Source of the DNA: Candidatus Iainarchaeum sp. | GTDB taxonomy: Archaea; B1Sed10-29; WALL01 | Length of the DNA stretch: 64,000 nt | Direction: 5' to 3' | NCBI GenBank assembly: GCA_023129115.1 | Contig: JAGMCR010000001.1 | Location: forward strand, 1-64,000 | Part shown: piece after piece, positions 10,560 to 20,252 of the stretch | Layout of the letters: every line of letters starts with the position of its first letter | Numbering within the stretch: the first letter of the stretch is position 1 | Position numbers and translations under genes: made by a program | Notes under the pieces: generated by a model | What the model saw: only the letters and a program-made list of their open reading frames with translations | Told to the model about the DNA's origin: nothing | Databases searched by the model: none

Positions 10560-10851
10560 CCAAATATTATGCGCTCGATTTCGTCGTGGTCGGCGTCGGC
10601 CTCGATTGCGTCAAAGACTTTGTCGATTGTTTTGTTGAACTCCCGCATGCTCTTCCGGTAGTTCATCTTTTTCTTTATTTTTTTGATCTTGCTAGCGTTG
10701 GCTCCTTAACCGCACCGAGATGAGCCACTTCCTTGCCCTGTGCTACAGGCCCGGCCCAAACCACGTGGAGCATGTCTCAAATGCAATGAAGATACTCGCC
10801 GACAACATGGCTAGCTAACCTTTAAAAACCCCTTTCCCGTTGTGTGTAATT

Positions 10852-12024
10852 GTGGTAGAGTTTGTCATAAGCCTCATCGTCCTTCTGGTTGGCGCCAAGC
10901 TCCTCGGCGAAGTAGCCGAGCGGGTCGGCTTGCCCAGCGTCATCGGGTACATCTTCGCGGGCATAGCGGCGGGGCCAATGCTGCTCGGCATCAGCGCCCC
11001 GGGCGACGTCTCTGCGTTCGCCGAGCTAGGAATCATCTTGATGCTCTTCGTCACTGGGTTCGAGCAGGGCAACATCGCGGAATTGATGAAGAACTTCAGG
11101 GCAATCTTCACGGTCTCGACAATGGGGTACTTCATCCCGTACGCCGCGGTAATGGCGGTCGCCATGGGCTTCGGCTTCGGCTTCAACCAGGCCCTCCTGC
11201 TCGGCCTCATAATGTCCGCCACTGACTCGGGCATCACGCTCAAGAGCATCAACAGCGTCGGCAAGCTTGGCACTAGGGCCGGCAAAACAATGATTGGTGT
11301 CACGGTGATGGACGGCACCATGGGCCTGGTTATCTTCACTGGAGTAATGGCCTACCTCGCGGTCGGCGCGCTGGACTTCGTGCAAATAGGCTCTGTCGTG
11401 CTCTCAATCCTCGCGTTCCTCGTCGTATTCCTCATAATACAAAAGCTGGTTCCAATCCTGATGGACCAAGTCGAGCACCTTACGGTCGAGCAGGCCGAGT
11501 TCAGCTTCGCGTTCATCTTCATGATACTCCTCGCGCTCGTCGCCGAGACCTTTGGGCTGCACGGCATCATCGGCGCGTTCCTCGCCGGCACTGTCCTCGC
11601 GCGGTCGCCAATCGCGGGCACGAACTTCATCGAGCGCGTGTCCAGCATCTCGTACGCGATTTTTGTGCCGCTGTTCTTCGTGTGGACCGGGCTCCTGCTG
11701 AACCTGCAGTCCCTCACCCTCCTGGCGTTCGCCGTGACCGGCGCAGTGCTCATAGCAAACGCAATAGGCGCGTACTTCGCGGGCAAGCTCAGTGGGTTCT
11801 CGACCCAGGAGAACCTCCTGCTGAGCATAAGCATGCTGCCGCGCGGCGACATAAACCTAATCCTCGTCTCAATTGGCATAACCATGGTCGGCATGAACGG
11901 CCAGCTCATCGTGACGCCGGCGATTGGCCAGGAAATGTTTTCGGCGGTAATGTTCCTCGTGCTGTTCGGCGCCCTGATTACCGCCGTGATGTTGAAAATA
12001 TTTATAAAAAAGGAGGCACAGTAA
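10852..12024 (+). CDS. Cation:proton antiporter (CPA2/KefB-like)
   Basis: 12-13 TM; AELGIILMLF..G, IIGAFLAG, MLPRGD; GTG start inferred. Confidence 0.9.
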   Translation: MVEFVISLIVLLVGAKLLGEVAERVGLPSVIGYIFAGIAAGPMLLGISAPGDVSAFAELGIILMLFVTGFEQGNIAELMKNFRAIFTVSTMGYFIPYAAVMAVAMGFGFGFNQALLLGLIMSATDSGITLKSINSVGKLGTRAGKTMIGVTVMDGTMGLVIFTGVMAYLAVGALDFVQIGSVVLSILAFLVVFLIIQKLVPILMDQVEHLTVEQAEFSFAFIFMILLALVAETFGLHGIIGAFLAGTVLARSPIAGTNFIERVSSISYAIFVPLFFVWTGLLLNLQSLTLLAFAVTGAVLIANAIGAYFAGKLSGFSTQENLLLSISMLPRGDINLILVSIGITMVGMNGQLIVTPAIGQEMFSAVMFLVLFGALITAVMLKIFIKKEAQ

Positions 12025-12470
12025 TGGTTGACATGAAAAAAATAAGGCAAACCCCCGTAAAGGACGTCATGCGCAAGAAAAACATAAAGAAGCTGAAGCC
12101 AACGGACAAGGTGGGCACGGCCATCAAGTGGCTGTGCACCAGCGAGCTCAGCATGCTCCCGGTCATAGACGGCGGCAACTACCTCGGCGAAGTCGTGGAG
12201 GCGGACCTGCTGAAAATCGTGATTGACCCACGGGACATGTCCACGCGGCAGATTATGTCCGAGCCCATGCTCGGCATGAGCTTCTTCCCAGAGAGTGTGA
12301 GGCACGTCATGCGGACGCACAATGTGTACCTGTCTCCGGACGACACGCTCCGCAGCGCGGCCAAGAAGATGTACATGGTCAAGGCGGGTGTCCTGCCGGT
12401 GATAGAAGGCGGCAAGCTCGTTGGCCTGCTCTACGCCGACGACGTGATTGCGCGCCTAGTCAAGAAATAA
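12024..12470 (+). CDS. CBS-domain protein
   Basis: Two CBS repeats (VKDVM...LPVID..YLG; VRHVM...LPVIEGGKLVG); TAATG overlap with the antiporter. Confidence 0.88.
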   Translation: MVDMKKIRQTPVKDVMRKKNIKKLKPTDKVGTAIKWLCTSELSMLPVIDGGNYLGEVVEADLLKIVIDPRDMSTRQIMSEPMLGMSFFPESVRHVMRTHNVYLSPDDTLRSAAKKMYMVKAGVLPVIEGGKLVGLLYADDVIARLVKK

Positions 12471-12929
12471 GTGCACGGGGTCGTTGGGTGAGTACTTCAC
12501 TGTCTGGAACACCAGGAGAGACTCAGTCCTCTCGACGTCCGGTATATTCACGATTTTCTCGAACAGCTTGGTCAACGCATTCCTGTTGGGCACGCTTATC
12601 TCCAGTAGGTAGTCGTGCGGCCCAAGCACGCGGTGGATTTGGGATATCTCTTTCATGTGGCTAAGGCTTTTCTCGACCTCGACCAGCTTGTTCTTCCTCT
12701 TCAGCGTCATGAGGCTGAACACCTTTATGTCCAGCCCAACCCTCTCGAGATCCAGCTGCGCCGTGAACTTTTGTATCACCCCTGACGCGTAAAGCCTCCT
12801 CACCACATTGTGGACTGTCTGCCTGGTCAATTTGTTGTCCTTCGCGATTTTTGAATAAGGCCTCCTGGCGTCTACCACGAGGCTCGACAGCACCTTTTTC
12901 TCGGACTTGCTAAGCTTCACCATGGGCAC
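12456..12929 (-). CDS. Lrp/AsnC family transcriptional regulator
   Basis: DARRPYSKIAK HTH, GVIQKF, LGPHDY, VERTES RAM domain. Confidence 0.92.
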   Translation of the reverse strand: MPMVKLSKSEKKVLSSLVVDARRPYSKIAKDNKLTRQTVHNVVRRLYASGVIQKFTAQLDLERVGLDIKVFSLMTLKRKNKLVEVEKSLSHMKEISQIHRVLGPHDYLLEISVPNRNALTKLFEKIVNIPDVERTESLLVFQTVKYSPNDPVHLFLD

Positions 12930-13087
12930 ACCTGTAAAATTTTATACACGTTTTCAAATAAAAAGGTTACACTTTACTATTATTACAATACTGTTTTTAC
13001 GTATTGTTTGTTTTTCAATCGGTGGTTTTATCTATCTGTTTGCACATAATATCCAGTGCCCAGTGAGTATTGGTTCGAGCGAGGTCC

Positions 13088-13354
13088 ATGAAAGCTGAGT
13101 TCATTCCGATTGATGGGGGTGGTTGGAATGGCGTTGAGCGACCTTTTATGGCGTCCGCCCTCGTAGTGCAGGGCTGGAAGTATTGGCTCTTTGTCCTGGG
13201 CTTTGCGCTGGGGGCGTGCTCTACAGGACTCACGAAATACGCTGTGGCCTTCTCAGCAATCATCGGGGTCATCCAGGAGGTACTCCAGCAATACTGCGTG
13301 TTTCTCCAGGCCGGTGTCCTCGCCGGCGTTTTCGTGAGAATGACGCGGCTTTAA
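13088..13354 (+). CDS. Possible small membrane protein
   Basis: ATG after GAGG; hydrophobic segments; no recognisable family. Confidence 0.4.
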   Translation: MKAEFIPIDGGGWNGVERPFMASALVVQGWKYWLFVLGFALGACSTGLTKYAVAFSAIIGVIQEVLQQYCVFLQAGVLAGVFVRMTRL

Positions 13355-13417
13355 GGGAGGCGGCGATTGGCTCGTGCGCCGCCCCTCTTTTTATTTCCCT
13401 GCTGCAATAGTTAACCA

Positions 13418-14293
13418 ATGAAGACACTCGTCACCCTCGCGCGCTTTGTTTCCCCCGCGGAACAAAAAGAAATAGCCAGCCGCATCGCCGCGATGGGCTA
13501 CAAAGTCCAGTCCGACCCGTGGGCGCCGCAGCGCCGCCTCATCGTCGAGGGGGAAGCGTCGGGAAAATTGTTTGAGGTCGAGGGCGTTTCCCAGGTAATC
13601 CCAATCCACGCCGAGGCAAAAACAAAAACACTTTCCGAGGCAGCAAAGCTAATCGCGGACACGACCAAAAAACTAAACCTTTCCTCGTTCACCATCCGCG
13701 CAAAATTCCTCGGCGACATCCCCTTCCACCAGCGGGCCCTCCGCGAGCGCGTCAAGAAAAAAGCAAAGAACACTCCGGGCCGCACGCTTTACATCGAGGC
13801 AAAGAAACAGGCGGACTACGTATTGGTCCGCGTGGGCCTGCCCGAATTATTCCACACCGAGAAAGACATCCCGCTCGTGCTGGTCCTCGAGTCGCCGAAG
13901 ACGCCGCACGAAATTGCCGACTTCCTGCGCCTGGCAATCGTTTTCAAGGTGCCGCTCCGCATCTCACTCGAGGGCGACTTGCGCACTTTGCACGCTTTGC
14001 AGGAGGCAAAGTCCATTGTGAAGGGCCACGAGAAGACGACTGTCATGACCTACAAGACCACTCTTGAGGCAATCAAGGACAGAAAAGCAGTCGCCCTTTC
14101 CTTGTGGGGCGACAAGGGAGAAGGCTTCCTGAAAAAAGAAAAAGTGGACGCGCTTGTTTTCGGCAACGAGGAGCGCGGGCTTAAACTATCAACACAAAAA
14201 ACCTGCGTGGGCGTCGTCCACCTAGGCCCCCGCAGCAGCGAGCCGATGCGCTCCTGCCAGGCGGCTGCGTACGCGCTTGGAGTGATGGCGTGA
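13418..14293 (+). CDS. SPOUT-class RNA methyltransferase with THUMP-like N-terminal region
   Basis: C-terminal LVFGNEERGL...HLGP...MRSCQAAAYAL SpoU knot motifs; SFTIRAK resembles a THUMP strand. Confidence 0.75.
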   Translation: MKTLVTLARFVSPAEQKEIASRIAAMGYKVQSDPWAPQRRLIVEGEASGKLFEVEGVSQVIPIHAEAKTKTLSEAAKLIADTTKKLNLSSFTIRAKFLGDIPFHQRALRERVKKKAKNTPGRTLYIEAKKQADYVLVRVGLPELFHTEKDIPLVLVLESPKTPHEIADFLRLAIVFKVPLRISLEGDLRTLHALQEAKSIVKGHEKTTVMTYKTTLEAIKDRKAVALSLWGDKGEGFLKKEKVDALVFGNEERGLKLSTQKTCVGVVHLGPRSSEPMRSCQAAAYALGVMA

Positions 14294-14892
14294 GGAACCC
14301 TCTCCCGAAGTACGAAAAGCTTGTTGAACTCTTAGAAGCCGAGCTCGCGGAAATCCCAAAAGACAAGAAGCTGCGGATACTCGAAATCGGGCCTTCAACA
14401 GAGGACTTCAAAAGCCTCATCGCGCTGAAGAAGCACTTCGGCGACAGGGACATCGAGTGGTCTGGAATCACGCGGGACGTTGTCCTGAAGAAAGACCGCG
14501 AGAAGCACCAGAACGAGGGCATTGACGTGCGGTTTGGCGCGGTCGACCACAAAAGCGCAATCAAGAGCATGGGCGAGTTCGACTTCATCATCTCGAAAAA
14601 CGTTTTCTCGTGGCTGGGGCTGATGACGACTTTCATTCCTTCTGCGAAAAGGCGGAAGCTCATCGATAAGGATATGGGCGACACCTTAGGTTATCTCCAG
14701 CGCGAGTTTGACGAAGTGTTCCCCATAATATCGAGGGACATGCACCAAAACGTTTACGATGGCTTGAAGCCCGGCGGCAAGGCAATCCACGTCGTTGACC
14801 CACAGGAAGACTTCATAAAGCCACGTGACGTGCCTTTCCACGTCAAGAGCGAGGGCCGCAGCCACATCGTCGTGGAAAAGCGCAAAAAATAA
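14290..14892 (+). CDS. Class I SAM-dependent methyltransferase-like protein
   Basis: RILEIGP, FDFIIS, LKPGGK motifs. Confidence 0.65.
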   Translation: MRNPLPKYEKLVELLEAELAEIPKDKKLRILEIGPSTEDFKSLIALKKHFGDRDIEWSGITRDVVLKKDREKHQNEGIDVRFGAVDHKSAIKSMGEFDFIISKNVFSWLGLMTTFIPSAKRRKLIDKDMGDTLGYLQREFDEVFPIISRDMHQNVYDGLKPGGKAIHVVDPQEDFIKPRDVPFHVKSEGRSHIVVEKRKK

Positions 14893-14927
14893 GCAACTTT
14901 TTATCCTTGAACGCCCTTGTTATAGTC

Positions 14928-16130
14928 ATGCCTGTGAAGAAGCGCAGGAAGCAGCGGGTCCTCAAGAAGCCTGTTCCTGAATACTGGTACGCAGAGCCAA
15001 CGTTCTCCAGCCGGTTCAAGGGCAAGGGTTATGAAAAGAAGCTGACTAAGACGGAGTACCTCAAGCAAAAAGAAAAACACAAAGAATTCACGGAAGAATT
15101 CAAGAAACGGCATCCCCTCGTTAACGAAGAAAGGGCGTGGGCGATATGGGAAAAAGAACGACGCAGAGAAATGCGTGTCCGGGAGCCTGGTTTCGCGCAG
15201 CGAGTGTTCGGCAGGTCGTTCGCTACGCCCGTGCAAAGAGTTAGGGCGTGGTTCAAACTCCGCAAGTCACACAAAAAAATCGCGAAAGAAATGGAAAAAC
15301 TTGTTCCCGGTGCCAAAACAATTGGCCCCGACTTTTATGCCTACCTCGCGCAAACAAAGTTCGTGGAGTTGACGTCGCGCGGCACTGGAACAGAGTTGGT
15401 ACAAGAAGGCTACGAGCACCTCCCCGGTGTTGTGGGCGAGCGCTCGGAAGAAGACAAGATAAAATTCGAGCTCTGCATGCTCCTGAAAAAAGACCGGCTT
15501 TTCGACAAAGGCTATTTCAAGCCCGTTGAGCGCGAGATGGGCAGGCTTTACGGCGCGTACATCGTAAGGCGCGGCTTCCCGACGTTCATGGCGTCGAAGC
15601 TGCTGGAGGGCGCCCCCCGAAAAAAAGGCAGCAAGGTTGTGGTGCTTGGGTTCGGCGGGACGGGGCTCGGCTACCTCTCGAAAAAGCCTGACCCGCACCG
15701 GAAGTTCGTCCTCGTGGACAACAGCCCCACCATTGCCGAAGCCGCGAAAACACTCAAAGAATTAAGGAACCTCAAGAACGTCACGGTCCTCGAAAAAGAC
15801 GCGACCACAACAGTGGTCCATGACGCCGACCACATAGATGCCCAGTTGATTTTTGAGTACCTTGACTGGGGCCAGCGAGAAGAATTAATCCAGAACGCGG
15901 CCAAGTCCCTCAAGAAAGACGGGACAATGTTCATCACGGACAAGAGTTTTCGAATGGGTGTGTCCGGAGTCGAGGAATACTCTCCGTGGGGTTACATGCT
16001 GCCGAAGCGAGACGAAAAGAAAGAGCTCGCCAGCGTCCGCAAAGTCGTAAAACTCCTGAAGAAGCACGGCTTTAAAGCAACACACGAATACAAGGGCAGG
16101 CTCTATCGCATCAAGGCAAAGAAGAAATAA
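14928..16130 (+). CDS. Basic N-terminal region fused to a class I SAM-methyltransferase-like domain
   Basis: VVVLGFGGTG, VLVDNS, LKKDGTMFI; N-terminus MPVKKRRKQRVLKKP. Confidence 0.7.
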   Translation: MPVKKRRKQRVLKKPVPEYWYAEPTFSSRFKGKGYEKKLTKTEYLKQKEKHKEFTEEFKKRHPLVNEERAWAIWEKERRREMRVREPGFAQRVFGRSFATPVQRVRAWFKLRKSHKKIAKEMEKLVPGAKTIGPDFYAYLAQTKFVELTSRGTGTELVQEGYEHLPGVVGERSEEDKIKFELCMLLKKDRLFDKGYFKPVEREMGRLYGAYIVRRGFPTFMASKLLEGAPRKKGSKVVVLGFGGTGLGYLSKKPDPHRKFVLVDNSPTIAEAAKTLKELRNLKNVTVLEKDATTTVVHDADHIDAQLIFEYLDWGQREELIQNAAKSLKKDGTMFITDKSFRMGVSGVEEYSPWGYMLPKRDEKKELASVRKVVKLLKKHGFKATHEYKGRLYRIKAKKK

Positions 16131-16131
16131 T

Positions 16132-16548
16132 TCACTCCCCAGTGAATTGTACAACAAGTTCTCTATTGCGCTTTTTATTATCAAACTCACAGAAAACGAT
16201 TTGCTGCCACGTCCCGAGCAGCAGGTCACCGTTGTCGAACGGCACTGTCAAGCTCGACTTCAGCATGCTGGCGCGGATGTGCGAGAACCCGTTCCCGTCG
16301 CCCCACTTTTCGTCGTGGTGGTAAATCCCTCTCGGGAACACGCGGTCCATTGCCTCGCGGAAGTCCGTTTGTAGTCCCGCCTCGTACTCAATCGTCGTGA
16401 CCCCGGCGGTGCTGCCCGGCACAAAAATAAGTGCTTGCCCGCTCTTCATCCCCGTCCCGTCCAACACGCCCTGGACGTCTTTCGTGATGTCCAGCATCTT
16501 CGGCTCAATCGTCGGCTTCAGCTTGATTTTTTCGGTAACGACGCGCAT
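16132..16548 (-). CDS. yjbQ: YjbQ/UPF0047 (secondary thiamine-phosphate synthase) family
   Basis: GSTAG, NGFSHIRA, LLLGTWQQIVFCEFD. Confidence 0.93.
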   Translation of the reverse strand: MRVVTEKIKLKPTIEPKMLDITKDVQGVLDGTGMKSGQALIFVPGSTAGVTTIEYEAGLQTDFREAMDRVFPRGIYHHDEKWGDGNGFSHIRASMLKSSLTVPFDNGDLLLGTWQQIVFCEFDNKKRNRELVVQFTGE

Positions 16549-16583
16549 AACGCTTAATAACCCAACGCCCGTTAATTAAAGTT

Positions 16584-17189
16584 ATGCTTGGCATCGCGCT
16601 CGTGTCAGGAGGCATCGACTCCCCAGTGGCCGCGCACCTGACGGCCAAAAAAGCGGACCTGGTCCCGGTCTACTTCGACAACGACCCGTTCGCCGGCAAG
16701 GGCACGAGGCAGCGCGCACTGAAGGCAATAGCCAAGCTCCGCTCGCTACACAAAAACATTCTTGACCCCATTGTCTTCAGCCACGGCCCAGCGCTCAAAG
16801 CGTTCGCGGACAATTGCGACCGCAAGTACCAGTGCCTCTTCTGCAAGCGAATGATGGTCCGTGTCGCGTCGCGGCTCGGCGAGGGCGAGGGCGCCAGGTT
16901 CCTCGTCATGGGCGACTCGCTCGGACAGGTTGCTTCGCAGACGCTTTACAACATCGTGGTCACCGAAAATGCTTCGTCGCTCCCGGTTGCGAGGCCGCTC
17001 GTGGGCATGGACAAGATAGAAATCGAGAAAATCGCCAAGGAAATCGGCACCTTCGGCATCTCCATCGAAAAAGCCGTGTGCTGCTCCATCGTGCCCGACA
17101 AGCCCTCGACAAAAGCAACCATTGAGGCCCTGGAGGCAGAGGAGGCCAAGCTCGACGTCCCCGCGCTTACGGACGCGTACTTCCAGTAA
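16584..17189 (+). CDS. thiI: ThiI-type tRNA sulfurtransferase, catalytic PP-loop domain only (no THUMP)
   Basis: SGGIDSPVA, CLFCKRMM, GDSLGQVASQTL, RPLVGMDK. Confidence 0.85.
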   Translation: MLGIALVSGGIDSPVAAHLTAKKADLVPVYFDNDPFAGKGTRQRALKAIAKLRSLHKNILDPIVFSHGPALKAFADNCDRKYQCLFCKRMMVRVASRLGEGEGARFLVMGDSLGQVASQTLYNIVVTENASSLPVARPLVGMDKIEIEKIAKEIGTFGISIEKAVCCSIVPDKPSTKATIEALEAEEAKLDVPALTDAYFQ

Positions 17190-17204
17190 CGCTTTTATCC
17201 CTCC
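17185..17204 (+). repeat. 20-bp direct repeat AGTAACGCTTTTATCCCTCC (copy 1; contains BRE/TATA-like motif)
   Basis: Identical copy at 18610-18629; 16/18 copy at 17995-18012. Confidence 0.85.
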
Positions 17205-17287
17205 CGCGTTTCTGCGTACGAGACCATGCCCCTCGGCAGGGCGTAGGGAGACTTGTTTTTAAATGGGGTTGCCCCCAACTTTTTGTT

Positions 17288-17614
17288 GTGGACTGCAAGA
17301 AAGAAGTATTAAAGAAGCTCAAGGGCTTGCAGCAGGGGAGTATCGTCTTCACGACTCATGCCGCTCTCCAGGCCAAAGTACGCCAGGTGAGCCTTGAGGA
17401 AGTGGAGAAAAACCTTTTGAGCCCCCGGCGATTGAGGTATGCTGAGAGGCAAGCGTCTCGCAAGGGGGAGTCCAAATACAATTGTTATTTTGGTTATAGC
17501 CGGACAATGGTCCACAGATACGTAATCGTTATTAACGCCAAAGCCGTGGTTGTTACGATTATCAAGATAAAGAAGCGCTGGCAGAGGAGGATTGAGAAAC
17601 GTGGCAAAAAGTGA
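17288..17614 (+). CDS. DUF4258-like putative toxin
   Basis: IVFTTHA...R.VSLEEV...VVVTII pattern; basic; overlaps downstream partner. Confidence 0.7.
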   Translation: MDCKKEVLKKLKGLQQGSIVFTTHAALQAKVRQVSLEEVEKNLLSPRRLRYAERQASRKGESKYNCYFGYSRTMVHRYVIVINAKAVVVTIIKIKKRWQRRIEKRGKK

Positions 17615-17951
17615 GTTCAGTTATGACGCAGAAAGCGATGACTTGTTTTTGTATCGTAAGGGCTCAAAGTCTAGTGGCAGCGTCGAGCTTGGCAACATAA
17701 TCCTTGACTTCGACAAGAACGGTGTCAACGCCCTCCAGTTTATTGAGGCGACTGAAACGCTTTCGGGGATTGTTGGATTGAGGGTGACGAAGAAAATGCT
17801 TTCTTCGATTACTGCTGTTAGCCTGGACTCTGAGGTCAAGGGCGGAAACTTGATTGTCCGCTTTGGTGTAGTGGCCATGGACATGAAATTGGCTGCGCCC
17901 ATAGTCGTCCCCGGATTCAAGCACAAAAGCCCGGCCCTGGCTTTCGCGTAA
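17601..17951 (+). CDS. DUF2283-like putative antitoxin
   Basis: FSYDAESDDLFL, IILDFDKNG..ALQF pattern. Confidence 0.75.
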   Translation: MAKSEFSYDAESDDLFLYRKGSKSSGSVELGNIILDFDKNGVNALQFIEATETLSGIVGLRVTKKMLSSITAVSLDSEVKGGNLIVRFGVVAMDMKLAAPIVVPGFKHKSPALAFA

Positions 17952-18032
17952 TGCAAAATGCTCACTTGGGTGCACTCAATAAAGCACGCAAAGAAGTAAC
18001 GTTTTTATCTCTAGCTTGTGTTATCTTAGTGA

Positions 18033-18614
18033 ATGGCTGACGAGCGCGTAATTCGTATTAATGGAAAGGACTACGTAGTGCCTTACATGAAGAACGGCTA
18101 TTGGCGCAAGGAGAGGGATGCACACATAATCGCTGTCACCGCTCACCACAAGAACCCTAAAGACGTACTGGTGTGGCGAAAGGAGTCTAACACGCTGCCA
18201 TGGATGCAGGTGTATGCAACGTCCGCCAAGCTCAAAGACGGGAAGATAGTTGAGGCCGAAGAACCACCAGAGGTCACGAGCAAACGCTCTCCTATCGAAC
18301 CTCATGAATGGCACTTGTCTATAGCCTCCCCAGAAGACCGAGGGAAAGGGCTCGGAAGACTCGCGAAACGCATACTAACGCTTGTGGAAAAGGACTTAGG
18401 GAGGAAGAGTGTGGCTTTCCCGAAGTGGGAGGACCAGTGGAGGATACCGAAAGAAGTTAGGGATGGCTTCTTCAAGGATGTGTTCAAGCGTAAGAAAGAC
18501 CACCGGGAAATGGAAGGCCGTGTCAAAGACGTGCTCAAAAAACCGGGGGCCAAGCTCCTAAAAATACATTGGATTGGCACCAATCCCCGTAAACGCAAGC
18601 CCCTGAAAAAGTAA
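18033..18614 (+). CDS. Hypothetical basic protein (weak GNAT-like RGKGLG motif)
   Basis: Own TATA-like promoter; EDRGKGLGRL; basic C-terminus. Confidence 0.65.
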   Translation: MADERVIRINGKDYVVPYMKNGYWRKERDAHIIAVTAHHKNPKDVLVWRKESNTLPWMQVYATSAKLKDGKIVEAEEPPEVTSKRSPIEPHEWHLSIASPEDRGKGLGRLAKRILTLVEKDLGRKSVAFPKWEDQWRIPKEVRDGFFKDVFKRKKDHREMEGRVKDVLKKPGAKLLKIHWIGTNPRKRKPLKK

Positions 18615-18636
18615 CGCTTTTATCCCTCCTCTGCGT

Positions 18637-18975
18637 TTGTTTGGTGTGTTGTTTTGGATTGGGGTTTTATTGGTGTACCTTGTTGGCGGGAGCCTGGTTT
18701 TCCTGGCCCACAGGCACGCCAAGAAACGCCCTGACTTGTCGCTGCTTGCCCTAGGGTTCGCGGCTGGCCTGGGGCTCATGTCGATTGTGGGCATTCCAAT
18801 ACTCTTGGCGGCGGGGTACTTGTTCGTTAAGCAAGGCGTTAAGATGGAGTGCAAGCCGGGCGAGGAAGCGAAGAGGGCGTTGGTTGGCGTCGGCGTGATA
18901 GCGGTGTTCCTCCTGGGTGCTGGCGTGGTAATTGTTGGCTCGTGGGTTATCCGCGTAATGGAGTTAGTTTTATAA
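18637..18975 (+). CDS. Hypothetical membrane protein
   Basis: 3-4 hydrophobic helices; TTG start after repeat/promoter. Confidence 0.6.
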   Translation: MFGVLFWIGVLLVYLVGGSLVFLAHRHAKKRPDLSLLALGFAAGLGLMSIVGIPILLAAGYLFVKQGVKMECKPGEEAKRALVGVGVIAVFLLGAGVVIVGSWVIRVMELVL

Positions 18976-18998
18976 ACCCCCTAGGCGTATTTAGGCTT

Positions 18999-19271
18999 AT
19001 GGACGCTTTTTTGAAAAAGCTGCTGATTTATGTTGGCGTTTTTTTGGCTGGGTTTGTGGCTACAATTGCCTTAGTCTTCATGGGGCTGTCGATTATAGGC
19101 AACCTGCTTATGTTCGGCATTCACCTGTGGTTCATGTACGTGGTCTACAACGATGCCAAGGCAATCGGTGTCAATGAAAACTGGTGGCTGGTAATATTAG
19201 TCCTTGGGCCCATTGGTGGGTTCATCTACTACTTGGTGACTAAGGACAAAAGGGGCCCACCAGCCCCTTAA
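18999..19271 (+). CDS. Small membrane protein (PLDc_N-like C-terminus)
   Basis: VYNDAK...WWLVILVLGPIGGFIYYL pattern. Confidence 0.7.
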   Translation: MDAFLKKLLIYVGVFLAGFVATIALVFMGLSIIGNLLMFGIHLWFMYVVYNDAKAIGVNENWWLVILVLGPIGGFIYYLVTKDKRGPPAP

Positions 19272-19375
19272 CCCTTTTTTTATTCGGCCGGCTGGCGAAT
19301 GGCCATGTAAGACCTGTCGCCTGCTGGCGTGACCCTTATCTCCCCACCAAGACGTACTTCTGGATTAAAAAGGTT

Positions 19376-20176
19376 TCATGGCGCGACGGCCAGAAATATG
19401 CTTGCCCCAACAAGTATTGCGTTAGCCAGCAGTGAGCACGCCCAATAAAGTTTTCTGACGATTTCAGGCGTGTGCGGGTCGAGGCTGATGATTCCAAGTG
19501 TGACAATGATTATTATTGGGAGCATGGCGTAGACGACGTATTGGCCGCCGAATCGTGCCACTGACTGGAACACTAGCGCCACTAGGATTATGGTTGCGAT
19601 GAACGCTGATATGAATGACCCGCCTTTCCTGACCTTGTTGGCGAAAAACGTTTGTATTGAGGCGAGGGCTATTGAGGCCGGGGCTGCCAGGGCGCCCTGT
19701 GTTGTCGCGACGATTATTACGAAGGTTATCGGGAGTACGAAGAGCACGTACCCCATGCCAACCAGGATTGGGATGCCTATAACAAAAAGCAACAGTTTTT
19801 CTTTGCCTTTCAAGAAATTGGCGAGACGCATGACGAGGTCCGCGATGAACCGTGGGACTTTTATCCGCAGGGTTTTTGGCGGTATGCTATCGCATTGTGG
19901 GCATTGCTTGAACTTCGTTTCGCTTGTGTAGCCACACTTTTTGCACGAGTACACGGGCTTTTCCCGTTTTGCGTATTCTTCCTGGTTGGAGACGTGGGCT
20001 TGGGTGGGGCTGCTAAGCTTTTCAAGTTGTTCTATTGGCGGAGGTAGAATTTCGTTGTTGGACCCGTGCCTGAACCCCTTTTCCTCGAATGTTTTTGCCG
20101 CTTTGGGCGGCAATTCGTCCCACGTCTTGACTTCTTTGCCGTTGACGCGTATCGTCGCGGTTCTAACAGGGTCCAT
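19376..20176 (-). CDS. Membrane protein with zinc ribbon
   Basis: YSCKKCG...QCPQC followed by about 5 TM helices. Confidence 0.7.
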   Translation of the reverse strand: MDPVRTATIRVNGKEVKTWDELPPKAAKTFEEKGFRHGSNNEILPPPIEQLEKLSSPTQAHVSNQEEYAKREKPVYSCKKCGYTSETKFKQCPQCDSIPPKTLRIKVPRFIADLVMRLANFLKGKEKLLLFVIGIPILVGMGYVLFVLPITFVIIVATTQGALAAPASIALASIQTFFANKVRKGGSFISAFIATIILVALVFQSVARFGGQYVVYAMLPIIIIVTLGIISLDPHTPEIVRKLYWACSLLANAILVGASIFLAVAP

Positions 20177-20252
20177 GCTCAACCCAAGGCACTCCCGGAA
20201 TAAAAACGTTTTTATACTCTTGTTCTGTATCTATCGCCAAGAGTGATGCTCC

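Noticed and set aside
12930-13030. AT-rich tract as a replication origin
   Set aside because: Short, no ORB-like repeats and no cdc6 nearby; better explained as the divergent promoter/operator region of the Lrp gene.
17185-20200. Classical integron with attC sites
   Set aside because: No RYYYAAC...GTTRRRY inverted-repeat structure and no IntI tyrosine recombinase is visible.
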